Shown: piece by piece, positions 13,440 through 27,419 of the stretch
How the letters are laid out: every line of letters starts with the position of its first letter
How positions within the stretch are numbered: position 1 is the first letter of the stretch
DNA from: Octopus vulgaris
Taxonomy: Eukaryota
Direction: 5' to 3'
Assembly (NCBI GenBank): GCA_951406725.2
Contig: OX597821.1
Span: 78,802,001 to 78,866,000 of the forward strand
DNA: 64,000 nt
Translations under genes and position numbers: made by a program
The notes under the pieces: model-generated
What the model saw: the letters and a program-made list of their open reading frames with translations, nothing else
Told to the model about the DNA's origin: nothing
Database searches by the model: none

Positions 13440-13900
13440 GCGTCGATCACACACACCCCACATATAAATTCCCTCCCCACCTACTCAACTGCATACCGCC
13501 CACATCGGTAACCTCACTACACCAGTACTCTCAAACACATATACACTGTTCAACTCATCGCTTACTTAAAACACCTTTACACACACCCACACAACACCTT
13601 TCTACTCCACATACACTACCACCAAACACTTCTAAACACCCACACCACACACAATTATCCACTCACTCACACACAATCTTCAATAACGTCACCATTCATA
13701 GCCCTATACGAGCAGCCACACACACTCTTTAACTCAGTAGACACACCATACACCATCATGCATACTACCACACCAACAAATGTACATAATGCCTGGACAC
13801 AAACAGTATATATTCCCACACCCACGCAGGTACATGATACCTAAACAAAGACAATGTATACAGACACACAGAACACGCATGATACACGCAATACATATAG
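13440..13900 (+). mobile_element. Solo CA-rich terminal region of the same PLE family as 130-545
   Basis: Reverse-complement homology, e.g. cacacactctttaactcagtagacac vs gtgtactgagttaaacagtgtgtgg. Confidence 0.65.
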
Positions 13901-14472
13901 ATAAAGGTAACGTTCACCTACAAGCATACACTATACACATGCACACAATTTGGTCACAGACACAAACACATACACATGTGATCACACCACTTTAGAAAGC
14001 ACAGAACGACTGCTACACGAAACATACACATACACACGTTACACAGGCATATATCTAGCAATCAAAAAAATGTGACCCTAGCCGTATTTGAATGCAAAAG
14101 TCAGGATTAAAGTAGTTCGCTGTTTAAAATGGGAGAATGTAATGCCTATTATGAACATACAAACATACAAACCTATTTATGCCTTCATTTTATCAACAAC
14201 TTAACATCTTACTTGTTATCACTGACCACGCCTCTTTCGACATTAAGAATAAATTATCCAGTACAAAATTCTTCAAAAATTAACCAACCGAAAACTGTCA
14301 ATATTATTGTGAAGTTAAAATATAATACTTTTGCACACACAAACACACACGTCTGAATCACTCGCCATTATTCGCACATACATACTCACACACACACGCT
14401 TGTGCACCTTAGTTCGTTGGGCTTACCATTACTATCTCGCTTTCCTTCTCTCTCCATTTTTCCCTCTTATTC

Positions 14473-14508
14473 CTTTCTGTCGAAAAGTGTAGACTCGAAA
14501 CGTAAAAG
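14473..14508 (+). ncRNA. Hammerhead-like motif, non-canonical core (A6U)
   Basis: cttt CTGTCGA a aagt-gtag-actc GAAA cg TA aaag. Confidence 0.45.
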
Positions 14509-14599
14509 ACTTTTCCATTTTTCCCGTGTCTTACATTAATACACATAACTGTTGTTACTACACCTGTCTTCGTCTTTTCTTTTTCTGAAAATTTGAAAT

Positions 14600-14631
<32 letters not shown>

Positions 14632-15179
14632 ACACACACACACACTCAAACACAAACTACGTACACACTTACACGCGCGCTCACAAGCATAAGTCACTAT
14701 ATATTCTGTTTTACCAATTGCTCATCAGGAAAGAAGAAACGAAAGTTTTGGAAGATTTCATTTATGATGAAGGTCATTTGCAGACAAACTAACAAGCCCA
14801 AGGCAGAAGAGGCCCTTCAAATCCTCGGCTGCACCCTGATAACTACTGGGCGTTTACCACATGTTGCACCAGAGTAATATAAGTTTGAAGGACGAAATAT
14901 TACGATTGACTCTTCGCGCACCATTCCCACTATAAGGACAAGGCCCTTCGGACTTGTCGGTTAATTCATTTAGCTTATAAAAAGGCCGAACAAATGAATC
15001 TCAAAGAAAATTTCAGATGGAGGAAAATTGAAATACGCACGATTATACTTAACCAATATCTGTATCTCTCTGCGACACCCTGCATAATAGGAACGGATTG
15101 CCTTGTCTTTTTCTTGTGGCACTTTAATGTATAATGAGGTAGTAAGTTTACTTGGAATTGCTTCTCGAAACATCTATTG

Positions 15180-16295
<1,116 letters not shown>

Positions 16296-17188
16296 GCTGA
16301 AATTATAATTTGCTGAGATGGAATAGTCACTTAAATCGAATCTAGTATACACCTAAAACCGCTTAGTTCCACAGATTCCATTTAACCTATCGAATCAATC
16401 CATGAAGCACCCAACTCACGAACTTCACTTTCCGAAAACCACTAATTTTAATAATTAAGAAATGGACTTTTTCTTTCTTTTCTTCCTTTCCATGATTATA
16501 TTTTCTTGTTGCGACATTTTTTAAGCTTAAATTCCTCATATTTATGATGTAATGTTGTTTACAATATTTTTCTTGTTGTCCATTGGAGAGTGAGCTACAC
16601 TTTTCGATATGACTTTTATTTCAATTACTTTTGACATGGTAAAAAAAGATTATAACACTGGACTTTTTGTTATTCATCTGTATTTGCAAATAATTTCCCA
16701 TCGAATATTATAAAGCATTCAGAAATTCTAAATAAAGTTTTATTTCACACGCACCGTATTTTTGTTTCTCTGTTTGAACACTTTTTTTCCTTTTTTCTAA
16801 CTTACAAACTGCAATATCGTTTGACTTTCTTACTCGCTGGGTGTAAACAAACCAGAGGATTTTTTCTCATCTCTTCTTTCATACACGTCTAGTTTTCAAA
16901 GTATTCAAGCCTGGACATTCACACATCACCAACTGGAAGACTGATTAACTTATATAAGTTAAATTATATCTTCTCATATATTTGTAAACTCAATGAAACC
17001 AACTGAATCCATTCACAAAAGCATTTTATTAAAACTGTCTAAATATTTTCCGCGTCTGTGATGAAGGGATATCCCTAATATCCCAGAAACAGTTGTAAGA
17101 CTAACTTCCCCTATATAAATATCCTGAAAAAACTCCACACACCATGGGCTTTGTTGTCTCCTTTCATCTAATATATATATACATTCAT

Positions 17189-17298
<110 letters not shown>

Positions 17299-17349
17299 GG
17301 AAAAAAAGTCGAGGTAGAAAATGCCCAAATAATTTTATAAAAATCATTT

Positions 17350-17384
17350 CAGCACCGGTTTCAGTCACTGAGATTTTTCAACTG
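17350..17384 (-). ncRNA. Hammerhead motif, U3-A8 variant, probably inactive (G at cleavage site)
   Basis: rc: cag TTGAAAA atctcagtgact GAAA ccgg TG ctg. Confidence 0.55.
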
Positions 17385-18422
17385 TAAGTATGGGAAACAA
17401 TTAAATTTTGGAAAAGTTAAAAGAAAAGGCCGTGAGTAAAAAAATGCGGAAGACCCAACTGTGAGATATGCAACAATTCAATTGATGTGTCAGAGTTCTC
17501 CTTCAAACAGGGACAACGTTTCACAGTGAAAAGCAACTTCACATATGCTTCGAAGGACCTGATATACGCACTAACCTGCTCTGGATGTCAAGAGCAATGC
17601 ATAGACCAAACGAAAAACAGTCTACGTAAAAGAATGGCTCTGCACAGATTCCAGATCAAAATTCCCCAAAGCAAAAAAATAGCATTCAGCTAACACATCG
17701 ACATTTGCTCCAATAACAAAAGTCTAAGCTTTAGAATATCCCCTCTAACAATTCAGGGACAATACAACCTGTAGCCAACGAATTAGTAAAGAGACTCGCT
17801 TTATTACAAAATACAGACCCCTTTTGAAAATATCTACAACAAACGACTTATCCACCACGGCCTTAGAATATTAAAATTAATATTAAGAATAATACTTTCA
17901 AGGGATTTCCAATATTTCATTAAACATTCCCAATCACTGCTATATACCATAACGATCCACGTTTAAGTCACTTGACCATTTAATATCTTACTGCTATCAT
18001 GCTAACTACATTCCTTCTTATTCTCCCTTCTCTTTCTTCTTCTTCTTCGCCTTCTTCCTCTCCGCCACGTCTTTCCTAACTTTACCGCTATTGCTGTTCC
18101 GAATAACACCTACGCAAATTTTATAAACAAAATATTCAAAAGAGGTGTTTCAGGAATTCAATCACTACTGGCATCCACAACGGGTCACTTTCAGGATACC
18201 TGACCATTTAACATACTACAATCATGGCACTCCCGCATTCTTCTTTTTTTTTCTTCTTCTTCCCTACTAAGAGTTCACAGCGTCCTCGAACTCAGAAGAG
18301 TAAACAAGAGAGAGAAACAGGCAGAAACAAGGAAAATGCCACTTGTATTTGAACACTATGCAAATATTCTTAAAAAAAATTATTTTTTAATTTTTCGAAA
18401 ATTTAATTGTTTTCCATACTTA

Positions 18423-18458
18423 CAGTTGAAAAAGTCTCAATAACTGAAACCGGTACTG
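18423..18458 (+). ncRNA. Minimal type-I hammerhead, U3-A8 variant
   Basis: cag TTGAAAA agt-ctcaata-act GAAA ccgg TA ctg; palindromic stem III ACCGGT. Confidence 0.75.
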
Positions 18459-19277
18459 AAATGTTTTTTTATCAAATTTTCTACCTTGATTTTTCCATAT
18501 ATATCAACTCGCGTGTTCCTTTTCAACCTACATATATATATATAAATATAAAGAAAACAAGGAGGCAGTCGGAATTTTGGATAATACTTTATTTAGCGCT
18601 TTCATCATTCATACGAATTTCTCAAGGTCAGTTTTGTAGAAATTTTCTGGGCTTTTGTGTAAATGAAGAGGGGGAGAGGTGAAAAATAAAAAGGGGAGGG
18701 GAGGAGGGGGAAAGAAAGGAAGAAAAATAGGAGAGAAAATAAAGGAGGAAAGTATTTTGAGATGGTCTGTGAACATGTAACTAAAAGCATTTCAAGATGT
18801 CGATTGTCTTCTTTAAAGAAAGAGAGAAAAAGTAGTCAGGAAGAAGCACAAGATGGAAAGATAAACAAGAAGAAGAATGAATACAAGTGATGTAAGAGGG
18901 GGACAGAAAAATGGGGTTTTCGCTATGAAACTTATAAGGAAAGGGGTTTCTTTTCAATAGTATTTATACATTCAATCTGTTGAAGTTTGATTACAATTCA
19001 AAATGTCAAATCTTTATTTAGTCATTGCTTTTAAAAGCATGTTTCTCTCTCTCTCTTTGTCTCCCTTCCTCTCTTTCTCTCTCTTTCTCTCTCGTCCTCA
19101 TCTGTCTCTCTCTTTCTATCCCTCTCTCTCTTATCCTACATCTCTTATTGCATACATATTTACATGGTTGCAAACATTTACATGCATACTCTTTACACAA
19201 ACATACACACAATACACCCCCAAGAATCTCTCTTGTCTGCTTTTCTCATTCTCTTATATACATACTAATATATTTAA

Positions 19278-19358
<81 letters not shown>

Positions 19359-19375
19359 TATATATATATATGCAA

Positions 19376-19453
<78 letters not shown>

Positions 19454-19593
19454 ATATATATATATAAATATACAACATAAGGGCAGAAGAAAAATTCTAA
19501 TGCCAAATATGCCGAAACAAAAAATTGTCGATAACCATTATAATTTATGCGTCTCGAAACAAACCGATAGAAATCTCTAAAAAATTCGTTATT

Positions 19594-19650
19594 ACCGTAT
19601 TGGTCCAATTTCGGTGTTAATTCATAAGAAATTTTCCCCTCTTCAGCGGC
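19594..19650 (-). ncRNA. Type-I hammerhead (one stem II mismatch)
   Basis: rc: gccg CTGAAGA gggg...cacc GAAA ttggaccaa TA cggt. Confidence 0.75.
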
Positions 19651-19880
19651 AAATATTTTTTCCCAAAAAAATTTTATCCTATATTAATTATAAATAGATT
19701 AGTGTTCACTTCCGGATTCTATCACTCTGTGAAAGTTTCTAGTTCGAATCACACGTGTCTCGAGGTGCGTCGATGATTTTTTTATTTTGGATATATTTGG
19801 GGTACTTAAGTCTGCTCAGGACTTAGTGCTTGCTTTTTCCATGGGTATGAGTAAGTATTTCATTTATATCTCGCGTATTT

Positions 19881-19937
19881 GCCGCTGAAGAGGGGAAAAT
19901 TTCTTATGAATTAACCCCGAAATTGGACCAATACGGT
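19881..19937 (+). ncRNA. Type-I hammerhead ribozyme
   Basis: gccg CTGAAGA gggg...cccc GAAA ttggaccaa TA cggt. Confidence 0.85.
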
Positions 19938-20196
19938 AATAACGAATTTTTCAGAGATTTCTATCTGTTTGTTTCGAGACGCATAAATTATAATGGTTAT
20001 CGACAATTTTTTGTTTCGGCATATTTGGCATTAGAATTTTTTTCTGCCCTTATCTTGTAAATTATTTATAAATTTTACCTTTAGAGGCATTTTTTGATAT
20101 GCTGGCCATTGATAAAATTATTTTCCCGAAAAAAATTTTATCCTATATTAATTATATATATAAATATATATATACAATTAATATAGGATAAAATAG

Positions 20197-20235
<39 letters not shown>

Positions 20236-20239
<4 letters not shown>

Positions 20240-20580
20240 GGTAAAGACCCCCTTCGGTCATGAATGACCATGTGATTGCACCTAGAAAGTTACCCTCCTA
20301 GACACAAGTCCGGGCAAGGTTGTTTTATGGAAGACCAGCAGTCACCCATGCATACCAGCCTCCCCTCTCCACGCCACCAGTGTTATCCAAGAGAAAGACA
20401 AAGGTTGATATAACTTGGCACCAGTGACGTCGCAACTCATTTCTACAGCTGAGTGAACTGGAGCAACGTGAAATAAAGTGCCTTGCTCAAGAACACAACA
20501 CGCAGCCCGGTCCGGGATTCGAGCTCACAACCTCACGATCGTAAGCTCGACGCTCTAACCACTGAGCCATGCGCCTTCAC
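20236..20580 (-). mobile_element. tRNA-derived SINE
   Basis: rc starts gaaggcgcatggctcagtggttagagcgtcgagcttacgatcgtgaggttgtgagctcgaatccc (A/B boxes). Confidence 0.85.
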
Positions 20581-20617
20581 GCATGGCTCCCATCATATAT
20601 ATATATATATATATATG

Positions 20618-22832
20618 ATGGGAGACTTCAATCTACCCTGTGTTGACTGGACTACAAACTGTTTGAAACCAAGCACTCCCGCCTCAACCGCTGACAAAGA
20701 AGCAGCAGAGTCACTTTTCGACTTTACGAATGAGTTTTTCTTGTCCCAACTTGTCCTTGCACCAACAAGACATCAGAACATTTTGGACCTAGTGTTTAGT
20801 AACCACACTAACACTATACATAACGTTACAGTGGAAAAAACCCTTCTTTCAGACCATGACATCGTTCTCTGTAACATGAAATTCCACCAGCCGAAAGCTA
20901 ATCCTAGTGACCTCCCTCCAGCCCACCCATTTGACAACATGGATCTCCATAATGCCAACTGGGATGCAATCAGGAACGAGCTATCACATGTTGACTGGTC
21001 CTTTACACATACACACATCTCCACCAACCATAAAACATCCTGGCAGATCTTTGTAGACACCGTCACAGACATATGTGCAAAACACTCCCCACCAAGACCT
21101 GTGAACAAAAAGTGCAGAATCCCCAAAACAGAAAAACCATTATCAGAAAAATAAAAAGAACAAACAAAAAAATTAACAAACTAAAGTACTGCCAACAGCA
21201 ACACACACATTCGACGGCTATCGCACTGCTTGAATCCAAAAAATATAACCTCCAACAATGCATGAAGACCCTCATCAATAACCAAAGATCAGCTGAGGAG
21301 AAGTGGGCCATTGAAAAAATCAAACTCAACCCCAAAGTGTTCTTTTCATTTGCGAGGAAACGCAGGGTCACTGTCTCCATTGTTGGCCCTCTAATTGATG
21401 AAACTGGCACTCTCCAAGATAATGCCAAATCCATGGCCGAGATACTGCATTAACAATACTGCTCTGTTTTTAGCAATCCTGATACGGCCGATCTGGGCTG
21501 TATCAGTGATGTCAACCCCCAACACAGTATATCGGACATAACGTTTAGTGCCCCTGATGTCTTAGCGGCGATAAACGAAATAAAACACAATTCAGCAGTA
21601 GGCCACGATAGGTTCCCTGCTTGTGTCCTGAAGGTGTGTCGACACCAACTTGCATATCCCCTTGCTAATCTGTGGAGAAACTCACTGGATGCTGGCTATA
21701 TTCCAAAAAACCTTCTGTCCCAGTCTGTTGTCCCAGTTTTCAAAAAGGAAACAAGTCCCTTGCAGGGAACTACCGTCCGATCTCACTCACCTCTCATATC
21801 ATCAAGGTATTTGAGAGGGTGGTGAGATCTCGAATAACCCAATTTCTGGAAAGCAACAGACGGCTGATCTCTAACCAACATGGGTTCCGTAATGGAAGGG
21901 ACTGCCTAACGCAGCTCCTGCATCACTTTGAGGACATTTTAAGAGCTTTGGGAGAGGGCTCCAACACCGATCTCATCTACTTTGATTTCAGTAAGGCCTT
22001 CGACAGGGTCGATCACAAGATCCTATTGAAAAAACTATCCAACATTGGTGTCTCTGGAAAGTTACTGAAATGGATCAAGTGTTTCCTGACAGACAGATCT
22101 CAACATGTTGTAGTTGAAGGGGTAAAATCAAGCCCAGCCAAAGTCAGTAGTGGCGTTCCGCAAGGCACTGTGCTGGGCCCACTTCTTTTCATCATTTACA
22201 TTAATGACATTAATGACATCATCAAGCACAGCAACATAAAAATCTTTGCAGATGATTCCAAGCTACAGAAGGTCATAAATGAGGCGAGTGACCGGACATG
22301 CCTTCAGTCAGATCTACTGGCTGTTATCCAATGGGCAGAAAAAAACAATATGCTGCTGAACGAGGATAAATTTGAGTTAATCCACTTTGGAAAAGAGGAT
22401 GCCCTGAAACTCCCATACTCCCTTCCTTCAGGTGAAACTCTCGCGGCGTCCAACAACATCAGAGACTTGGGAGTAATTGTGGACAACAACATAAGCTGGG
22501 CCACTCATATAAACACCAAAGTTGACATGGCCCGCAGAATGTGTTCCTGGATTCTCAGAACTTTCCAGTCGAGAGATATCCACACCATTATCCTTCTCTT
22601 CTCCACTTTTGCCCGACCCCACCTTGAATACTGTTGTCCACTGTGGTCTCCCCACACAATAAAAGGTATCATAAAAGTTGAAGCACCTCAAAGGGCAATC
22701 ACAAAAAAGATAGATGGCATGACAGGCCTCGACTATTGGGGTCGACTAGAAAAGCTAAAGCTTTATTCTCTCCAACGTCGTCGTGAGCGCTACATCATCT
22801 GCATGATGTGGAAAATATTCCATCAGCATTGC

Positions 22833-22833
<1 letters not shown>
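20618..22833 (+). mobile_element. CR1-like LINE (APE C-terminal part + RT), 5'-truncated and frameshifted, bounded by (TA)n
   Basis: MGDFNLP..LDL..SDHD (APE); NYRPISLTS, QHGFR, DFSKAFD, GVPQGTVLGP, FADD, RPHLEYCC.LWSP. Confidence 0.93.
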
Positions 22834-22869
<36 letters not shown>

Positions 22870-22870
<1 letters not shown>

Positions 22871-24495
22871 CCTTCACTGCCTTTGACATCATAGCAGCAA
22901 TAAATGAGGTCAAATACTATTCTGCTGTAGGCCCTGATAGATTCCCCGCTAGTCTCTTGAAGGAATGTAGACACCAACTTGCAGTCCCTCTGACCAACTT
23001 CTGGAGAAATCCGTTAGAATCAGGTTATATACCGAAACAGCATCTATCCCAGTCTGTCATCCCGGTTTTCAAACAGGGAAACAGATCCCTCGCAGTCAAC
23101 TATCGCCCAATCTCACTCACATCCTAAATAATTAAAGTGTTTGAAAGAGTGTTAAGATCAAGGATAGCTGACTTCCTGGAGACCCACAAACTCCTAAATG
23201 CAAATCAGCATGGATTTCGCTGTGGCATGAACTGTCTAACACAGCTCTTACACCACGTTGAAGATATACTCAAAACCTTGGGAACGGTTTCGAACTCTGA
23301 TGTCGTATATCTTAACTTCAGTAAAGCGTTCGACAGGGTTGGCCATAATATCCTACTCTCAAAATTGGCAAATGTTGGAATACGTGGAAAACTTCTACAC
23401 TGGATTAAGTATTTCCTGACGAATAGAACACAACATGTTGTAGTTGATGGAGTCCACTCAAGCCCAGCAAAAGTCACCAGCGGTGTCCCTCAGGGTACTG
23501 TCTTGGGCCCGCTACTCTTTATAATTTACATAAATGACCTTTCCAGTGTCGTACATTACTGCAAAGTGAAAATATTTGCTGATGACACTAAGCTCTAGCA
23601 AATCATCAATGAAGAAGCAGACCGAACTCAACTCTAGTCTGATCTATATGCTTTGAGTCAATGGACAGACAGAAACAAAATGCAACTGAATGAGGGAAAA
23701 TTTGAGCTGATGCATTTTGGAAGAAATTCCTCACTAAAACAGCCATACTCTCTTCCTTCAGGGGAACTGCTCACAGCCTCTAACAATATCAGAGACCTGG
23801 GTGTGATTGTTGATGACGATCTCAGCTGGAGTGCACACATCAACAAGAAGGTCAATATAGCTCGTAGGATGGGTTTCTGGATCTTAAGAACTTTCCGGTC
23901 CAGAGAACAAGGTGTCATCATACCACTTTTCTCCTCCTTTGTACGGCCACACCTCGAATACTGCTACCTACTGTGGTCTCCCCATAAAAGACAAAACATC
24001 TCGAGGATTGAATCACCCCAGAGGGCACTCACTAAACGAATTCGAGGCATGGCTGCTCTCGATTATTGGGACCGCCTTAAAGCCTTGAAACTCTACTCTC
24101 TCCAGCGTCGCCGTGAGCGGAACATCATTTGTACGATGTGGAGAATATACCGCCAACTTTGCCCAAACGACCTGAAAATTAGCTTCAAGGTTCATCCAAG
24201 ACTGGGACCACAGGCCATACGTCCTCTGCCCAATTCAAGAACACAGCATACATGTACACTGTAACATAATTTCTTTTCCTCAACAGGCCCTGCCCTATTT
24301 AACATTGTCCCGAAAGAGATCAAAGAGGAAAAGGATCCCATCAACTTTAAACGGAGTCTGGATAGATTCCTTCAAGGAAAACCAGATAAGCCAGCCATAA
24401 TTGGATACAACTCAGCCAACAAAAGCTCACTACTTGAATGGACCAGAAACAAAACTTGACTTAAATAGGATTTAAATAATCCTATCAGCTGGTGA
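22870..24495 (+). mobile_element. Second, diverged CR1-like LINE RT/3' end, bounded by (TA)n
   Basis: ORFs 23137-23598 and 23653-24264 carry the same RT motifs, with internal stops. Confidence 0.93.
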
Positions 24496-24499
24496 ACAC

Positions 24500-24578
<79 letters not shown>

Positions 24579-24669
24579 ATCAGTGTCAGTTGAGGATTGA
24601 AAAAGTTATTCTTAATTAAGTACAGTCATAATTATAACATATGAAACAAATCTAAAAACATACATTGGC

Positions 24670-24717
24670 TTATAATAATAATAATTATTATTACTATTAT
24701 TATTATTATTATTATAA

Positions 24718-24782
<65 letters not shown>

Positions 24783-25181
24783 GTTATAATTATTATTATT
24801 ATTCTGTTGTGTCTGGGGAGAGTCATTTTCTTTTTGTGACATATAATTTAACACACTCACCGGTAAAATTTCCATTTTTTCTTATTTTCCTAAAATTTTC
24901 GTTGCGTCTTGCAACGTTTTCAATAGTCAAGACTATTGAACAGGTTGCAAGACGTAAGGAAAATTTTAGAAAAATAAAAATAAGAGAAAGGGGAAATTTT
25001 ACCGGTGAGTGTGTTAAATTATAAGGCACAAAAAGAAAATGACTCTCCCTAGACACAACAGAATATGCTTCAACACATGAAACTCATATAAAGAATCTTG
25101 CAAACCAAATCCAAAAACGAAATTATTATTATTATTAGTAGTAGTATTATTATTATTATTATTTTTTTATTATTATTATTA

Positions 25182-25248
<67 letters not shown>

Positions 25249-25352
25249 ATCATTATTATTATTTTTATTTTTATTATAATTATTATTATTATTACTATTA
25301 TTATTATTATTATTATCATTATTATTATTATTATTATTATCATTATTATTAA
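24670..25352. repeat. (TTA)n tracts enclosing a fold-back element (24800-25065)
   Basis: Arms 24800-24928 and 24931-25065 are reverse complements around a 2-nt centre. Confidence 0.9.
24890..24926 (-). ncRNA. Minimal hammerhead-like motif, U3-A8 variant (degenerate mirror copy at ~24933-24970 +)
   Basis: rc: cta TTGAAAA c gttgc-aagac-gcaac GAAA at TT tag. Confidence 0.55.
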
Positions 25353-26044
25353 AAACAACTCGTTTCCGCCCCATGCAACTTAATGCTTCATATGCTCGTC
25401 ACGTTCATTAAAGAACATTTAACTTCTTCCAAACAATAACAGACATTATTGAGAAACTGACAAATAAAAATTCTTTTATGAAAAAACTGGGATAAGAAGA
25501 AAAAGAAAAATGAAGATCGCTCATGTACTTAAAAGAATTAACAAGTTCAAACAAGAAATACATTTGTATTCTTATAGATGGTGAGATGTTTATTCGTCAA
25601 TAAATTTAAAGCTAATGAAAAGGTAATATTTACCATAACTTCCGGCTACTGAATGCGAAACATAAACTAACATCTAGTTAATAGATAATCATTGCTGATT
25701 GCTTTGTTGTCAGTGTATTTTATTTCTTCTTAACATACCGTTATAATGATTTTACACGGTTAAATGAGTATTTCTGGCGAATGGTAATCTAGATGCCTTT
25801 TAATGATCAAATAGTAACACAAACAAACCCACTTAGCAACACACACCATCTGAAGATCAGTTTTTTTAATTCAATTCTGAAATAAGTAAATAAATAAATA
25901 AATAAATAAAAACAGTTTATGTCAAACATAATAATTGGTTGAGGGTTTGTATATTTTTTTATTGCAACAAACAGAAGAGAATGGAATCAGTAAAATGCTC
26001 ATTTAAATATGTGGATATAGATTCTAGATCTTTTCACTCATTTT

Positions 26045-26430
26045 TTTTACTTGTTTCAGTCATTACTCAACGTTCATGCTGGGGCACAGCCTTGAACGAA
26101 TCAACCCCAGTACTTTTTTAATCCTGATACTTCTTGCATCGGTCTCTTCTACCGAACCGCTAGCATACGGGGTGGTAAACAACACACAAAGGCCGATTAT
26201 CAAGCGGTAGTGGCGGACAAACACATACACAAGGACACACACATACACACACAGATACATAGATGACGGACGTCTTTTAGCTTTCAAATCTACTAACAAA
26301 CCTACTTACAAGATTTTGTTAACCTGAGATTATGGTAGAGGATATCTGCTCAATGTTCGGCGTAGTGGGATGGAACATCCCACCGTGAAGGTGTGAAGTA
26401 AACTTCTTACCACACAGCCCTGCCCGTGCC
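26045..26430 (-). mobile_element. tRNA-derived SINE (family of 39876-40280), diverged
   Basis: Reverse-complement homology along its length. Confidence 0.8.
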
Positions 26431-26500
26431 TGTAATATATGTATATATACACACACACACACATATATATATACACACACACAGACGCACACACACACAC

Positions 26501-26540
<40 letters not shown>

Positions 26541-26721
26541 TCAGCTCAGAGCTGCGGCCATGCTGATGCACCGCCGTTATATATATATATATATAATTAA
26601 TTAAGAGAAATAACTTCTAAGTAATTCAATAATGAAAGACTATCTATATCATATAGAAAAAATTTAATATACTATAATAAATATTATTCAACGAATCACT
26701 AAATTAAACATACATTAAATT

Positions 26722-26804
26722 GACTACATGCGTTTCGTGACTGTATCTTTAAATCAATAATAATAAAATTAATTCGATCTAAAAATATAGTCACGCTTCA
26801 GGTC
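26722..26804 (-). ncRNA. Hammerhead motif with A9C substitution
   Basis: rc: gac CTGAAGC gtgacta...cagtcac GAAA cgcatg TA gtc. Confidence 0.6.
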
Positions 26805-27419
26805 TAAAATAATAATAAAATAAATGTATGTTAACATATGATAAATAAATATAGAAATATACGTATCTTAACTATAAATAATCGAATATAAGAATATTAA
26901 TGAAAAATAAAGTCATAACTTATCTTATTGAAGAATTCCAGTTAACTGAAATTTTAAACGTTATACTTAGAAACTAGCGTTGCTAATAAATTCATCACGT
27001 GAAAACATGACGTAAATAATAACTACAGAATAAATAGATAGAAAAAATATTTTTGCTGTGAAAATAACAATATGTATGTTAGCTGTGAAAATAAGAAATA
27101 AACTAGAAGTAATATACCATTTACTGGAAAAATTCTAAAATCTCAATGATTTAAAACTAAAATACGTAAAATACATAAAATAAACTAAGTTTCAATATAC
27201 TTAATCTATATTCATCAATTTTTAAAAATTTTATTTATAAACAACTTGGTTTAATCTTTCAATTATGTAATATGCACTACATAATCTACTGCTAATTTAT
27301 ACTCATTATACTACAACAAATTATAACTACAAAAGTTAATAACATAAATCAGATATTGTTGTTGTTTTTGTTATTATAATTATAATAATAATTATTATTA
27401 TTATTATTATTATTATTAC

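Larger units (their letters stand above)
19490..20052. repeat. Inverted repeat (~165-bp arms, ~220-bp spacer), PLE terminal-repeat-like
   Basis: 19490-19655 is a near-perfect reverse complement of 19877-20052. Confidence 0.9.

Noticed and set aside
14660-14735. Minus-strand CTGATGA (also ~10000)
   Set aside because: No correctly placed GAAA or stem III
25578-25622. Possible upstream exon of gene B
   Set aside because: Splice-like sites present, but the ATG next to the donor is out of frame and there is no convincing homology to the gene A upstream exon
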